Assembly (NCBI GenBank): GCA_963663545.1
Contig: OY760505.1
Coordinates: 3,040,001-3,104,000, forward strand
DNA length: 64,000 bases
DNA from: Candidatus Delongbacteria bacterium
GTDB lineage: Bacteria; CAIWAD01
Direction: 5' to 3'
Numbering within the stretch: the stretch's first letter is position 1; each line of letters begins with the position of its first letter. The translations under genes and the position numbers were made by a program. The notes under the pieces were generated by a model. It was not told where the DNA came from. It saw nothing but the letters and a program-made list of their open reading frames with translations, and ran no database searches. Shown piece by piece: positions 22,202 through 32,672 of this stretch.

Positions 22202-22387
22202 ATGGCCCGCAAAGCTCTGATCAAGAAGTCCCAGGCCACACCGAAGTTCCAGGTTCGCGCTTACAATCGCTGCCGTCGCTGCGGTCGTCCCCGCGCCTAC
22301 CTGCGTAAGTTCGGCCTGTGCCGTATCTGCTTCCGTCAGATGGCCCTGGCCGGTGAGATCCCTGGCGTCACCAAGGCCAGCTGGTAA
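22202..22387 (+). CDS. rpsN: 30S ribosomal protein S14, short zinc-binding type
   Basis: 61 aa; CRRCGR...CRIC. Confidence 0.98.
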   Translation: MARKALIKKSQATPKFQVRAYNRCRRCGRPRAYLRKFGLCRICFRQMALAGEIPGVTKASW

Positions 22388-22398
22388 AGGAGTTTCCA

Positions 22399-22797
22399 AT
22401 GCCCGTTACCGATCCGATTGCTGATCTGCTGACCAGGATCCGCAATGCCATCATGGCCAAGAAGCGACTGGTGGATTGCCCCCGGTCCAACATCAAGGTC
22501 AACGTTACTGAGATCCTGGCTCGCGAAGGTTTTATTCGCGGCTACAAAGTGCTGGACGAGGGTCCGCAGGGCACCATTCGTATTGCCCTGGCCTACGACC
22601 ACTCCGGCAAGCCGGTGATCTCCGGTCTGAAGCGTATTTCGCGGCCCGGTCTGCGCCAGTATCGTGGTGCCGACAATCTACCCCGCGTACGCAACAACTT
22701 GGGTATCGCAATTCTGAGCACGCCCATCGGTGTGATCACGAACAAGGATGCCCGCAAGAAGAATGTGGGCGGAGAAGTTCTCTGCCACGTCTGGTAA
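22399..22797 (+). CDS. rpsH: 30S ribosomal protein S8
   Basis: [24 protein letters not shown]. Confidence 0.99.
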   Translation: MPVTDPIADLLTRIRNAIMAKKRLVDCPRSNIKVNVTEILAREGFIRGYKVLDEGPQGTIRIALAYDHSGKPVISGLKRISRPGLRQYRGADNLPRVRNNLGIAILSTPIGVITNKDARKKNVGGEVLCHVW

Positions 22798-22807
22798 GGA
22801 GGCAACT

Positions 22808-23350
22808 GTGTCGCGAATCGGACGTTTGCCCGTGCCCATTCCCGAAGGGGTGCAGGTAACAGTTGACGGCCAGCACGTCGCCGTCAAAGGCCCTAAGGGC
22901 GAGCTTTGCATGGATGCCCATCCTGAGATGACCATTGCTCAGGAGGACGGTAGCATTTGTGTGCATCGCCCCTCCGACGAAAAATCCCACCGCAGTCTGC
23001 ATGGTATGACCCGTGCGCTGATCAATAATATGGTAGTGGGAGTGACCCAGGGATTCCAGCGTCAGCTGGAAGTGGTCGGCGTCGGTTACACTGCCGAGTT
23101 GCGAGGCCGGGTATTAACCCTGAAGCTCGGCTTCACGCACCCCATCGTGTTCCATCTACCCGAAGGAATCAACGTTGAGGTTCCCAAGCCCACCCAGATC
23201 ACTGTTTCCGGCATCAGCCGGCAGCTGGTGGGTGAAGTCGCTGCGGTGATCCGCGGTCTCAAGCCGCCCGAACCCTACAAGGGCAAGGGAATCCGCTACA
23301 AGGGTGAATACATCGAGCGTAAGGCCGGCAAGACCGGTAAGACCTCCTAA
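22808..23350 (+). CDS. rplF: 50S ribosomal protein L6
   Basis: [21 protein letters not shown] start after AGGAGG. Confidence 0.99.
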   Translation: MSRIGRLPVPIPEGVQVTVDGQHVAVKGPKGELCMDAHPEMTIAQEDGSICVHRPSDEKSHRSLHGMTRALINNMVVGVTQGFQRQLEVVGVGYTAELRGRVLTLKLGFTHPIVFHLPEGINVEVPKPTQITVSGISRQLVGEVAAVIRGLKPPEPYKGKGIRYKGEYIERKAGKTGKTS

Positions 23351-23361
23351 GGAGCTGTTCC

Positions 23362-23733
23362 ATGAACAGTACTGAGATTCGGCGCAAGGGTCGTGCCCGG
23401 CGTCAGAAGCACATTCGCAAGAAAGTAAGCGGTACCGCCGAGCGCCCGCGCCTGGCCGTGTTCCGCAGTGCGAAGAATATCTACGCACAGCTAATCGACG
23501 ATGTCGCCGGCAATACGCTGGTGGCGGCTTCCTCCCGGACCAAGGTTCTGGGCGAGAAGCTGGCTGAGGCGGAAAATCCCCAGGCCGTTGGCGTCCTGGT
23601 GGGCGAGGAGCTGGCTCGTCTGGCTCAAGAGAAGGGCATTTCCAGTTGCGTGTTCGACCGTTCCGGTTACGCCTACTGGGGACGCGTGAAATCGTTGGCT
23701 GAAGGCGCTCGCAAGGGCGGACTTAAGTTCTAG
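23362..23733 (+). CDS. rplR: 50S ribosomal protein L18
   Basis: [23 protein letters not shown]. Confidence 0.99.
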   Translation: MNSTEIRRKGRARRQKHIRKKVSGTAERPRLAVFRSAKNIYAQLIDDVAGNTLVAASSRTKVLGEKLAEAENPQAVGVLVGEELARLAQEKGISSCVFDRSGYAYWGRVKSLAEGARKGGLKF

Positions 23734-23742
23734 GAGGGGATC

Positions 23743-24258
23743 TTGGAGAACGTTAACGTCCAGGAGCTTAACCTCATCGAGAAGGTAGTCCGCATCAACC
23801 GGACCGCCAAAGTGGTTAAGGGTGGTAAGAACTTCGGCTTCAACGCCATCGTGGTCGTCGGTGACGGCAATGGTCGCGTGGGCTGGGGTTTGGGCAAGGC
23901 CAATGAAGTGGTCAATGCCATTGCCAAGGGTACCGAAGTCGCCAAGCGCAACATGATTCGTGTTGAGCTTTCCGGCAGCACCATTGCCCATCCCATCATC
24001 GGCAAGTACGGCGCCGGCCGCGTACTGCTTCGTCCGGCTTCCGCTGGTACGGGCATTATCGCCGGCGGTAACGTGCGCGCCGTCATGGAGTGTGTTGGTG
24101 TGCACGACATCCTGGCCAAGAGCCTGGGTTCGAGCAATCCGCACAACGAGGTCAAGGCCACCTTCGAGGCTCTGTTGAGCATCGTCAGCCCCGCTGAGAT
24201 GAGCCGTCGGCTCAAGCGCAGTGTGCGCGACATCTACGCGATGGAGGACGAGGTATGA
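23743..24258 (+). CDS. rpsE: 30S ribosomal protein S5
   Basis: [17 protein letters not shown] start. Confidence 0.98.
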   Translation: MENVNVQELNLIEKVVRINRTAKVVKGGKNFGFNAIVVVGDGNGRVGWGLGKANEVVNAIAKGTEVAKRNMIRVELSGSTIAHPIIGKYGAGRVLLRPASAGTGIIAGGNVRAVMECVGVHDILAKSLGSSNPHNEVKATFEALLSIVSPAEMSRRLKRSVRDIYAMEDEV

Positions 24259-24437
24259 AGCTTCAGATTACCTGGAAGCGCAGTGTAATCGGCCGTACAC
24301 GGGACCAGCGTGCCACCATTCAGGCCCTGGGACTGCACAAGCTGAACAACACGGTCGTCCACACGGATACGCCGCAGATTCGCGGAATGATCAACAAGGT
24401 CTCGCATCTGGTCGAGGTCGAGGAAATCAACGACTAA
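24255..24437 (+). CDS. rpmD: 50S ribosomal protein L30
   Basis: [17 protein letters not shown]. Confidence 0.98.
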   Translation: MKLQITWKRSVIGRTRDQRATIQALGLHKLNNTVVHTDTPQIRGMINKVSHLVEVEEIND

Positions 24438-24449
24438 AAGGGTGCTACG

Positions 24450-24890
24450 ATGAATCTCGGTAGCCTGAAATATGCTGATGGCGCCAAAAAGCGCCGCAAG
24501 CGGATCGGTCGAGGCGATGCCTCGGGTCATGGTGGAACTTCCTGCCGTGGTCACAAAGGCCAGATGTCCCGCGCTGGAGCGAAGCGTCGCTCTTGGTTCG
24601 AGGGTGGCCAGATGCCGATTCAGCGTCGTCTTCCCAAGCGTGGATTCGTCAATATCCACCGCGAGGAAAATCAAAATGTCAACCTGAATCAGCTCAGCGG
24701 CCTGAACGGTGTTGAGACTGAAATCAATCCGATGACATTGCACAAGCATGGTCTGATCCGCTACCTGGGCGCTCCCGTCAAGATTCTGTCCGACGGCGAG
24801 TTGACCGGTACCTTCACCTTCAGCGGTGTCAAGATGTCCGCCCCCGCAAGGGCGAAGATCGAAGCCGCTGGCGGTACGATCCAGGACTGA
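24450..24890 (+). CDS. rplO: 50S ribosomal protein L15
   Basis: FEGGQMP, RLPKRGF. Confidence 0.99.
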   Translation: MNLGSLKYADGAKKRRKRIGRGDASGHGGTSCRGHKGQMSRAGAKRRSWFEGGQMPIQRRLPKRGFVNIHREENQNVNLNQLSGLNGVETEINPMTLHKHGLIRYLGAPVKILSDGELTGTFTFSGVKMSAPARAKIEAAGGTIQD

Positions 24891-24965
24891 AGCCCGAATT
24901 TGCTGCCGTACTGCCGCTCTTCGGAGCGGTAGTACGGAAAGCGGCAAGACCGAACTGAGGGAATC

Positions 24966-26321
<1,356 letters not shown>

Positions 26322-26358
26322 GGAGGGGAAGTCCCTGGGGAAACGGGGAGGCCTGGGC

Positions 26359-26994
26359 ATGCAAATTGTCATGCTAGGCGCGCCCGGGACTGGCAAGGGT
26401 ACTCAGGCCAAGCGCCTGATGGCGAAATACGGGATCGTGCAGGTTTCTACCGGTGAGATCCTAAGGAGTCACATTCGCCGTCAAACAGAGCTGGGCCGGA
26501 TTGCTGCCGAAGTCATCGGTCGCGGCGAACTGGTTCCTGACAACCTGATCCTTGAAGTGGTAGAGCGACGATTGCAGGAAGCGGATTGCAAGCCGGGATT
26601 TATCCTGGACGGTTTTCCGCGAACGGTCCCTCAGGCTGAGGGACTAGGCTACCTGCTGGACAGCATGCAGCTTCCCCTGGACGCGGTGCTGGCAATCGAC
26701 GTGGATCCTGAGAAGGTGATACGTCGCTTGATGTCGCGCTACACCTGCAGTGAGTGCGGGGCCGATTACAATAGTCTGGTTCGTCAGATACCGGATCGCT
26801 GTAATCGCTGCGGCGGCAAGGTGACTCAGCGTCAGGACGACAACGAGGAAACCATCCGCTACCGCCTGGAAGTGTACCGCAAGAGTACGCTACCGTTGAT
26901 TGAGTATTACGAAGAGCGCTGCCTTCTGCATCATGTGGACGGCGACCAGGAGGTGGACGATGTTACAGCCGCCATTCTGGATGTGCTTGACTAG
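26359..26994 (+). CDS. adk: Adenylate kinase with Zn-binding LID
   Basis: GAPGTGKGT, LDGFPRT, CSEC...CNRC. Confidence 0.98.
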   Translation: MQIVMLGAPGTGKGTQAKRLMAKYGIVQVSTGEILRSHIRRQTELGRIAAEVIGRGELVPDNLILEVVERRLQEADCKPGFILDGFPRTVPQAEGLGYLLDSMQLPLDAVLAIDVDPEKVIRRLMSRYTCSECGADYNSLVRQIPDRCNRCGGKVTQRQDDNEETIRYRLEVYRKSTLPLIEYYEERCLLHHVDGDQEVDDVTAAILDVLD

Positions 26995-27002
26995 GAGTGC
27001 GA

Positions 27003-27773
27003 ATGATCCGGATCTATAGCGAACGAGAATTCGACAAGATCCGACGTGCATGCGAAATCATTCCGCGCGCCTTTGAAAAAGTAGAACCTGCGGTTCAGCC
27101 CGGTGTAACCACCGCCGAGCTGGACAGGATCGTTGATAGTTACGTACGCTCCTGCGGCGCGATACCGGCTTTCATCGGGGTTCCCGGTGGACCGGGCGTG
27201 CAGTCCTTTCCCGCCTGCTGTTGCATCTCAGTCAATGACGAGGTTGTGCACGGCATACCCGGCGAGCGTGTGCTGGTCGAGGGGGACATTGTCTCTATCG
27301 ATATGGGCACCATTCTCGACGGTTACTACGGGGATACGGCACGCACTTTCGCCGTCGGCAAGGTGAGCCCCCAGCGCAAAGCGTTGATGGAGGCCACCCG
27401 GGAAAGTCTGTGGCGTGGTGTGGCCGCTGCCGTTGAGGGAAACCGCATCGGCGATATCGGACATGCCATCGAGCAGTACATCCGGCCACTGGGTTTTGGC
27501 ATTGTGCGGGACATGGTGGGGCATGGTGTGGGCGCTAGTCTGCATGAGCCGCCCGAGGTTCCAAACTTCGGTCAGCCTGGTCGGGGCATACGTTTGAAGC
27601 CGGGGATGTGCATCGCCATCGAGCCGATGATCAACGCCGGCGACTGGCGCATTCGCACCCTGCCGGACGGTTGGACGGTTGTCACAGCCGACGGTAGCGA
27701 TAGCGCTCACTTTGAATTTCAAATCAGGATCACAACCGGCGAACCGGAGATCCTGACGCAATTGGACGGATAA
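27003..27773 (+). CDS. map: Methionine aminopeptidase type I
   Basis: [30 protein letters not shown]. Confidence 0.98.
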   Translation: MIRIYSEREFDKIRRACEIIPRAFEKVEPAVQPGVTTAELDRIVDSYVRSCGAIPAFIGVPGGPGVQSFPACCCISVNDEVVHGIPGERVLVEGDIVSIDMGTILDGYYGDTARTFAVGKVSPQRKALMEATRESLWRGVAAAVEGNRIGDIGHAIEQYIRPLGFGIVRDMVGHGVGASLHEPPEVPNFGQPGRGIRLKPGMCIAIEPMINAGDWRIRTLPDGWTVVTADGSDSAHFEFQIRITTGEPEILTQLDG

Positions 27774-27781
27774 CGGACCCT

Positions 27782-28000
27782 ATGGGTAAAACGGACATCA
27801 TCAAGCTGGACGGTACGGTCCTGGAAACTCTGCCGAACGCCTCCTTCCGCGTTGAGCTGGATAACGGCCACGTGGTGTTGGCACATATCTCTGGAAAAAT
27901 GCGCATGCACTACATTCGCATCCTTCCTGGAGACAAGGTAACGGTAGAGCTTTCTCCCTACGATCTCACGCGTGGGCGGATCACGTTCAGGCACAAATAG
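27782..28000 (+). CDS. infA: Translation initiation factor IF-1
   Basis: [23 protein letters not shown]. Confidence 0.99.
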   Translation: MGKTDIIKLDGTVLETLPNASFRVELDNGHVVLAHISGKMRMHYIRILPGDKVTVELSPYDLTRGRITFRHK

Positions 28001-28016
28001 ACGGAGTGCACGAACG

Positions 28017-28133
28017 ATGAAGGTCAAGGCTTCGGTGAAGAAGATCTGCGAGCACTGCAAGATCGTGCGACGCAATGGTGTCGTGCGCGTCATTTGCTCG
28101 AAGACGCGCAAGCACAAGCAGCGGCAGGGATAA
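28017..28133 (+). CDS. rpmJ: 50S ribosomal protein L36 (not in the ORF track)
   Basis: Hand translation [38 protein letters not shown]. Confidence 0.98.
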   Translation: MKVKASVKKICEHCKIVRRNGVVRVICSKTRKHKQRQG

Positions 28134-28157
28134 CCCGCCTGAAATCTGGAGGCAAAA

Positions 28158-28529
28158 TTGGCACGCATTGCCGGTGTTGATCTGCCCAAAAACAAACGTA
28201 TTGAGATTGGGCTGACCTACATTTTCGGGATCGGACTCACCACTTCGCGTCAGATCCTTACCAAAGCTAATGTGGATCCCGACAAGCGGGTTCACGCTTT
28301 GGATGAGGATGAGCTGCGTCGCATTCGCAGCATCATCCAGAACGATCATAAGACTGAGGGTGCTCTGCGTACCGAGATTACCATGAACATCAAGCGATTG
28401 ATGGACATTGGCAGCTATCGCGGTTTGCGGCATCGTCGCGGTCTTCCTTGTCGCGGGCAGAACACCAAGAACAACGCCCGCACCCGTAAGGGTCGCAAGA
28501 AGACCAGTGGTGTGGTGAAAAAAGGTTAA
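28158..28529 (+). CDS. rpsM: 30S ribosomal protein S13
   Basis: [23 protein letters not shown] start. Confidence 0.99.
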   Translation: MARIAGVDLPKNKRIEIGLTYIFGIGLTTSRQILTKANVDPDKRVHALDEDELRRIRSIIQNDHKTEGALRTEITMNIKRLMDIGSYRGLRHRRGLPCRGQNTKNNARTRKGRKKTSGVVKKG

Positions 28530-28546
28530 AGCGCCTGGAGGATATC

Positions 28547-28939
28547 GTGGCGAAGACCGCGAAGAAAACGGTCAAGAAGAAAGAAAAGGTGGATGCCCTG
28601 GGGCGCGCTTTCATCAAGGCGAGCTTCAACAACACCATCATTTCGTTGACCGACAATTACGGCAACGTGATCGCATGGTCGTCAGGCGGAGGACGCAACC
28701 GCTTCAAGGGCTCCCGCAAGAGTACGGCTTTCGCCGCTCAGCTGGCTGCCCAGGAAGCTGCCAAATCTGCTATGGACCTCGGATTGCGCAAGATTGCTGT
28801 GTTCGTCAAGGGACCGGGCGCCGGCCGTGAGTCATCGATTCGCGCGCTGCAGGCCACCGGTTTGCAGGTCATTTCCATCAAGGACATGACCCCGCTGCCG
28901 CACAACGGCTGCCGTCCCCGTAAGAAGCGTCGCATCTGA
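28547..28939 (+). CDS. rpsK: 30S ribosomal protein S11
   Basis: [21 protein letters not shown]. Confidence 0.99.
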   Translation: MAKTAKKTVKKKEKVDALGRAFIKASFNNTIISLTDNYGNVIAWSSGGGRNRFKGSRKSTAFAAQLAAQEAAKSAMDLGLRKIAVFVKGPGAGRESSIRALQATGLQVISIKDMTPLPHNGCRPRKKRRI

Positions 28940-29017
28940 TGCTTCCTCACCGGCGAAACCGGTGAGTTGACGAAGATAGAACAGCGGTCACGACCATCGT
29001 AAAGGAGAGGTCCATAC

Positions 29018-30007
29018 ATGAACGGACTCAATCCCCAGATGCCGGAAGCCATCGAGCTGGATGAATCCACTTACAGCTCCCATTTCGGCCGCTTTATTGT
29101 GCAACCCCTCGAGCGGGGCTACGGCGTCACCCTAGGCAACAGCCTGAGGCGTGTGCTGCTGTCCTCGATCCCGGGCGCGGCCATCACCCACATCAAGATC
29201 GACGGTGTGCTGCAGGAGTTCTCCACCGTTCCCGGTGTTACCGAGGACGTCACCGACATCATTCTGAATCTCAAGCAGGTTCAGGTGAAGCTTCTGTCCA
29301 AGCGCCCTGAGCGCCTGGTCATCCAGAAGAAGGGGGCCGGAGATCTGACGGGCGCGGACATCCAGTCCGCAAGTGCCGAGATTGAGGTGATGAACCCCGA
29401 CCTGCACATCGCGACCCTGAACGGCGAAGCGGATCTGCGCATTGAGCTGGAAGTCCGCAAGGGCTACGGCTATTTGCCTTCCGAAGAGAATGAGAGCGAC
29501 GATCAGCCCATTGGCACAATTCCGATCGACGCCCTGTTCTCACCAGTTACCAATGTGACCTACCGCGTCGAGAACACGCGCGTGGGCCATAAGACGGATT
29601 ATGAGAAGCTGGTGCTTTCCATCGAGACCAACGGTTCGGTCACGCCCGATGATGCGCTGACCATGGCCGGACGCACTTTGATGGAGCATCTTCAGCTGTT
29701 CATCAGCTTCGACATGAAGGCCGAAGAAGAGCCTGCCGAGGAAATCGACGAAGAGATCCTCAACCTGCGCAAGCTGCTCATGAAGCCGGTCGAAGAGCTG
29801 GAACTGACAGTACGTGCTTCCAATTGCATCAAGGAAGCCCGTATTCGCAGCATCGGCGAGCTGGTGCAGCGTAGCGAGGGCGAAATGCTGCGGTTCAAGA
29901 ACTTCGGCAAGAAATCCCTCAATGAGTTGAAGGCCGTGCTCAAGAGCCGCGGTCTGGAATTTGGCATGGACGTGTCCCGCTACCTCGGTGACACCAAGGA
30001 AGAGTAG
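29018..30007 (+). CDS. rpoA: RNA polymerase alpha subunit
   Basis: PLERGYGVTLGNSLRRVLLSS, NFGKKSL. Confidence 0.99.
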   Translation: MNGLNPQMPEAIELDESTYSSHFGRFIVQPLERGYGVTLGNSLRRVLLSSIPGAAITHIKIDGVLQEFSTVPGVTEDVTDIILNLKQVQVKLLSKRPERLVIQKKGAGDLTGADIQSASAEIEVMNPDLHIATLNGEADLRIELEVRKGYGYLPSEENESDDQPIGTIPIDALFSPVTNVTYRVENTRVGHKTDYEKLVLSIETNGSVTPDDALTMAGRTLMEHLQLFISFDMKAEEEPAEEIDEEILNLRKLLMKPVEELELTVRASNCIKEARIRSIGELVQRSEGEMLRFKNFGKKSLNELKAVLKSRGLEFGMDVSRYLGDTKEE

Positions 30008-30012
30008 GACCA

Positions 30013-30390
30013 ATGAGGCACAGAAAATCCCAGGTCAAACTGAACCGCAGCACCAGCCATCGCAAGGCTCTGCTGTCCAATCTGGCCTGCAGCCTGATTG
30101 AGCATAAGCGTATCACCACCACTATTGGCAAGGCGCGCGCCGCCCGTTCGTACACCGAGCGTTTGGTCAGTTTTGCCAAGAAGGGTACGGTTGCCGCCCG
30201 TCGTCACGTGTTGGCCAAGTTGCATCACAAAGATGTGGTCAAGCACCTCTTCGACGAGCTGGGACCCCGTTACGCCGAGCGCCCCGGTGGCTACACGCGC
30301 ATCATCCGCGTTGGCCGTCGTCCCGGTGACCAGGCCGAGATGGCCATCCTCGAGTTTGTCGGCTACGAGGAGCAGCTGGACCAGCAGTAG
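30013..30390 (+). CDS. rplQ: 50S ribosomal protein L17
   Basis: MRHRK, RPGGYTRI. Confidence 0.99.
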   Translation: MRHRKSQVKLNRSTSHRKALLSNLACSLIEHKRITTTIGKARAARSYTERLVSFAKKGTVAARRHVLAKLHHKDVVKHLFDELGPRYAERPGGYTRIIRVGRRPGDQAEMAILEFVGYEEQLDQQ

Positions 30391-30415
30391 ACGCTGTCCG
30401 GTAGCAGAACGCCAC

Positions 30416-30448
30416 AGCCCGTCCCGGCCTTGCCGGGATGGGCTTTTT
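30416..30448 (+). terminator. Terminator of the ribosomal superoperon
   Basis: AGCCCGTCCCGGC-CTT-GCCGGGATGGGCT followed by TTTT. Confidence 0.9.
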
Positions 30449-30486
30449 GTGGTACTCTCGCGGCGACAAGAGCGCTTGGAGGAATC

Positions 30487-30774
30487 ATGGACGATCGCTT
30501 CACCCAGCCTGCGGTTGTGATACAAAGCGCGGAAGTCGAAGCGCTACTGGCTGACCATCCGCTGCTAAAAGAAGTCGACAGCGGCATGACGGGTCACATC
30601 CGTGTGTTACAACACTCGCAAGGGTTTATCCTGGTGGAGCAGGACTGTCGCGGTCAGGCTTGGGTGCGCTATCGTCATGAAATGTCGGAACTGGACGCAC
30701 TCATCGAAGATCGCCTGGCGTCCTACGAACGCATGTGGGACGGTTGAGGCTGCAAAGTGGACTACTCCAGGTAG
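30487..30774 (+). CDS. Probable small selenoprotein (95 aa; TGA 30745-30747 read as Sec in ...MWDG-U-G-C-KVDYSR); ends at 30747 if the TGA is a stop
   Basis: SD GGAGG; in-frame TGA GGC TGC; SECIS-like hairpin; next stop is a TAGGAG junction. Confidence 0.7.
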
Positions 30775-30786
30775 GAGCGATTTGTG
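30748..30786 (+). promoter_or_regulatory. Putative bacterial SECIS element
   Basis: CTCC-AGGTA-GGAG apical stem-loop, loop beginning 21 nt after the TGA with G at loop position 2; lower stem GCAAA/TTTGT. Confidence 0.55.
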
Positions 30787-32202
30787 ACACATCCTTTCGC
30801 CCCGGGTGGCTCCAAGTCCCCGGGGCTTTGTACCTTTAGTGAACCCTCGAAGAACAGGAAAAAGCTCGTGAGTTCCCCCTCTACCAAGGACCTGTTTGAT
30901 CAGAATCCGACCCGCCGTCAGGGCTTGGCGCCGTTGCCGGAACGACTGCGTGCGCGCCAACTGGATCAGGTTGTGGGCCAGGAGCATCTTACCGGCGATA
31001 AGGGCCTTCTGCGGCGTATGCTGGAAGTGGGACGACTGGAGTCCATGATTTTCTGGGGACCGCCCGGCTGCGGGAAAACCACCGTCGCGCGTCTGCTGAT
31101 TGAGGCCTGTGGAGCGATACAACACCAGCTCAATGCTGTGACCAGCGGAGTGGCCGACTTGCGTAAGGTCATTGCCACAGCGGAAGAAGACTTGCGCATG
31201 CATGGCGAGCGCAGCGTGCTCTTCATTGACGAGATCCACCGTTTCAACAAAGCGCAACAAGACGCCCTTCTGCGCAGCGTAGAAGATGGGACGATCACTC
31301 TGCTGGCGGCCACAACAGAGAATCCCGGTTTTGAGGTGATACGTCCGCTACAGTCGCGCTGTCATGTGTTACAGTTTGAGGCGCTGACTGCGGCTGCAAC
31401 TGGACGATTGCTGGATCGTGCGCTTGAAGAAGACGAGTGGCTGCGTGCCCGCAGTGTGCGCTTTGCAGAGGGCGCTCGCGATTACTTGTTGGAGATGGCT
31501 GGCGGCGATGGTCGCAAATTGTTGCAGTACCTCGAAATGGTAGTGACTATTGCTCGCGAGGAAGAAGACGGTTGTCTGCTTAGCCGTGATACAATGGAGC
31601 AGGCCATGCTGCGCCGCAGCCAGCCCTTTGACAAGGGCGGCGACATGCACTACGACATGGTCAGCGCGTTCATCAAATCCGTGCGTGGCAGTGATGCGGA
31701 TGCGGCCATCTACTGGTTGGCACGTATGCTGGAGGCGGGGGAAGATCCAGTTTTTGTAGCACGCCGTTTGCTGATTTTGGCCAGCGAGGACATCGGCAAT
31801 GCATCACCAAACGGGCTAGTGCTGGCCAACGCATGCTTTGAAGCCGTGCACAAACTGGGAATGCCCGAGGCCATGTATCCCTTGGCTCAATGCACCGCGT
31901 ACCTGGCTGGGCAGCCAAAGTCCAATGCTTGTTGCGCAGCCATTGCCGAAGCGCGCAGCTATGTGCGTAACAACGCAGCGGCCCCGGTGCCACTACATCT
32001 GCGCAACTCGCCTACAAACCTGTCCCGCAGTCTGGGACACTCAGATGGCTATCAGTATCCGCCCAACTTCGATGGTAGTTTTGTGACACAACAGTATTTG
32101 CCGGTAGAAGTCAATCAGGTCTTCTATCGTCCACAGGAGCGCGGTACCGAATCACGCATTCGCGCCTATCTGAAGGCCTGCTGGCCGGAGCGCGAGCTGT
32201 GA
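30784..32202 (+). CDS. rarA: Replication-associated recombination protein A (start may be 30784 or 30868)
   Basis: WGPPGCGKTT, DEIHRFNKAQQD, ATTENP, SAFIKSVRGSD, VPLHLRN. Confidence 0.96.
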   Translation: MTHPFAPGGSKSPGLCTFSEPSKNRKKLVSSPSTKDLFDQNPTRRQGLAPLPERLRARQLDQVVGQEHLTGDKGLLRRMLEVGRLESMIFWGPPGCGKTTVARLLIEACGAIQHQLNAVTSGVADLRKVIATAEEDLRMHGERSVLFIDEIHRFNKAQQDALLRSVEDGTITLLAATTENPGFEVIRPLQSRCHVLQFEALTAAATGRLLDRALEEDEWLRARSVRFAEGARDYLLEMAGGDGRKLLQYLEMVVTIAREEEDGCLLSRDTMEQAMLRRSQPFDKGGDMHYDMVSAFIKSVRGSDADAAIYWLARMLEAGEDPVFVARRLLILASEDIGNASPNGLVLANACFEAVHKLGMPEAMYPLAQCTAYLAGQPKSNACCAAIAEARSYVRNNAAAPVPLHLRNSPTNLSRSLGHSDGYQYPPNFDGSFVTQQYLPVEVNQVFYRPQERGTESRIRAYLKACWPEREL

Positions 32203-32672
32203 TACATTTGCACATTTACCTTACTGGAAAGTCGCGCGAGAAATGGACACAGCTAGCGGAGCAGGAGTATCACAAGCGACTGCGACCCATGGCGCGACTG
32301 GAGATTCACGAGCTTCGCGCCCAGACCCTGCGCGAAGACACGGACATCGACGCCGTCAAGGAGATCGAAACTCGCGCTCTGCTGGATGCCTCTATCGGCT
32401 GTGATCTGCGCATCGCATTGGATGAACGGGGAGAACAGCTGAGTAGTGAAGAGCTGGCTGCAACTCTCGGAAAGTGGACACTGAAGGGTGTCAGTCGCAT
32501 TGCCTTTCTCGTCGGTGGTGCAAGCGGTCTTGACCCGTCCCTTGTATCACAGGCGGATCTGGTGTTATCTCTTTCACGCATGACTTTCACTCACCAGATG
32601 GTACGTCTGTTTCTGGTGGAACAACTCTATCGGGCACTGATGATCCAGGCAGGTCGCCCGTATCACAGATGA
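32199..32672 (+). CDS. rlmH: 23S rRNA m3Psi1915 methyltransferase
   Basis: ALDERG, GGASGL, LSRMTFTHQMVR, EQLYRA, PYHR. Confidence 0.96.
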   Translation: MIHLHIYLTGKSREKWTQLAEQEYHKRLRPMARLEIHELRAQTLREDTDIDAVKEIETRALLDASIGCDLRIALDERGEQLSSEELAATLGKWTLKGVSRIAFLVGGASGLDPSLVSQADLVLSLSRMTFTHQMVRLFLVEQLYRALMIQAGRPYHR

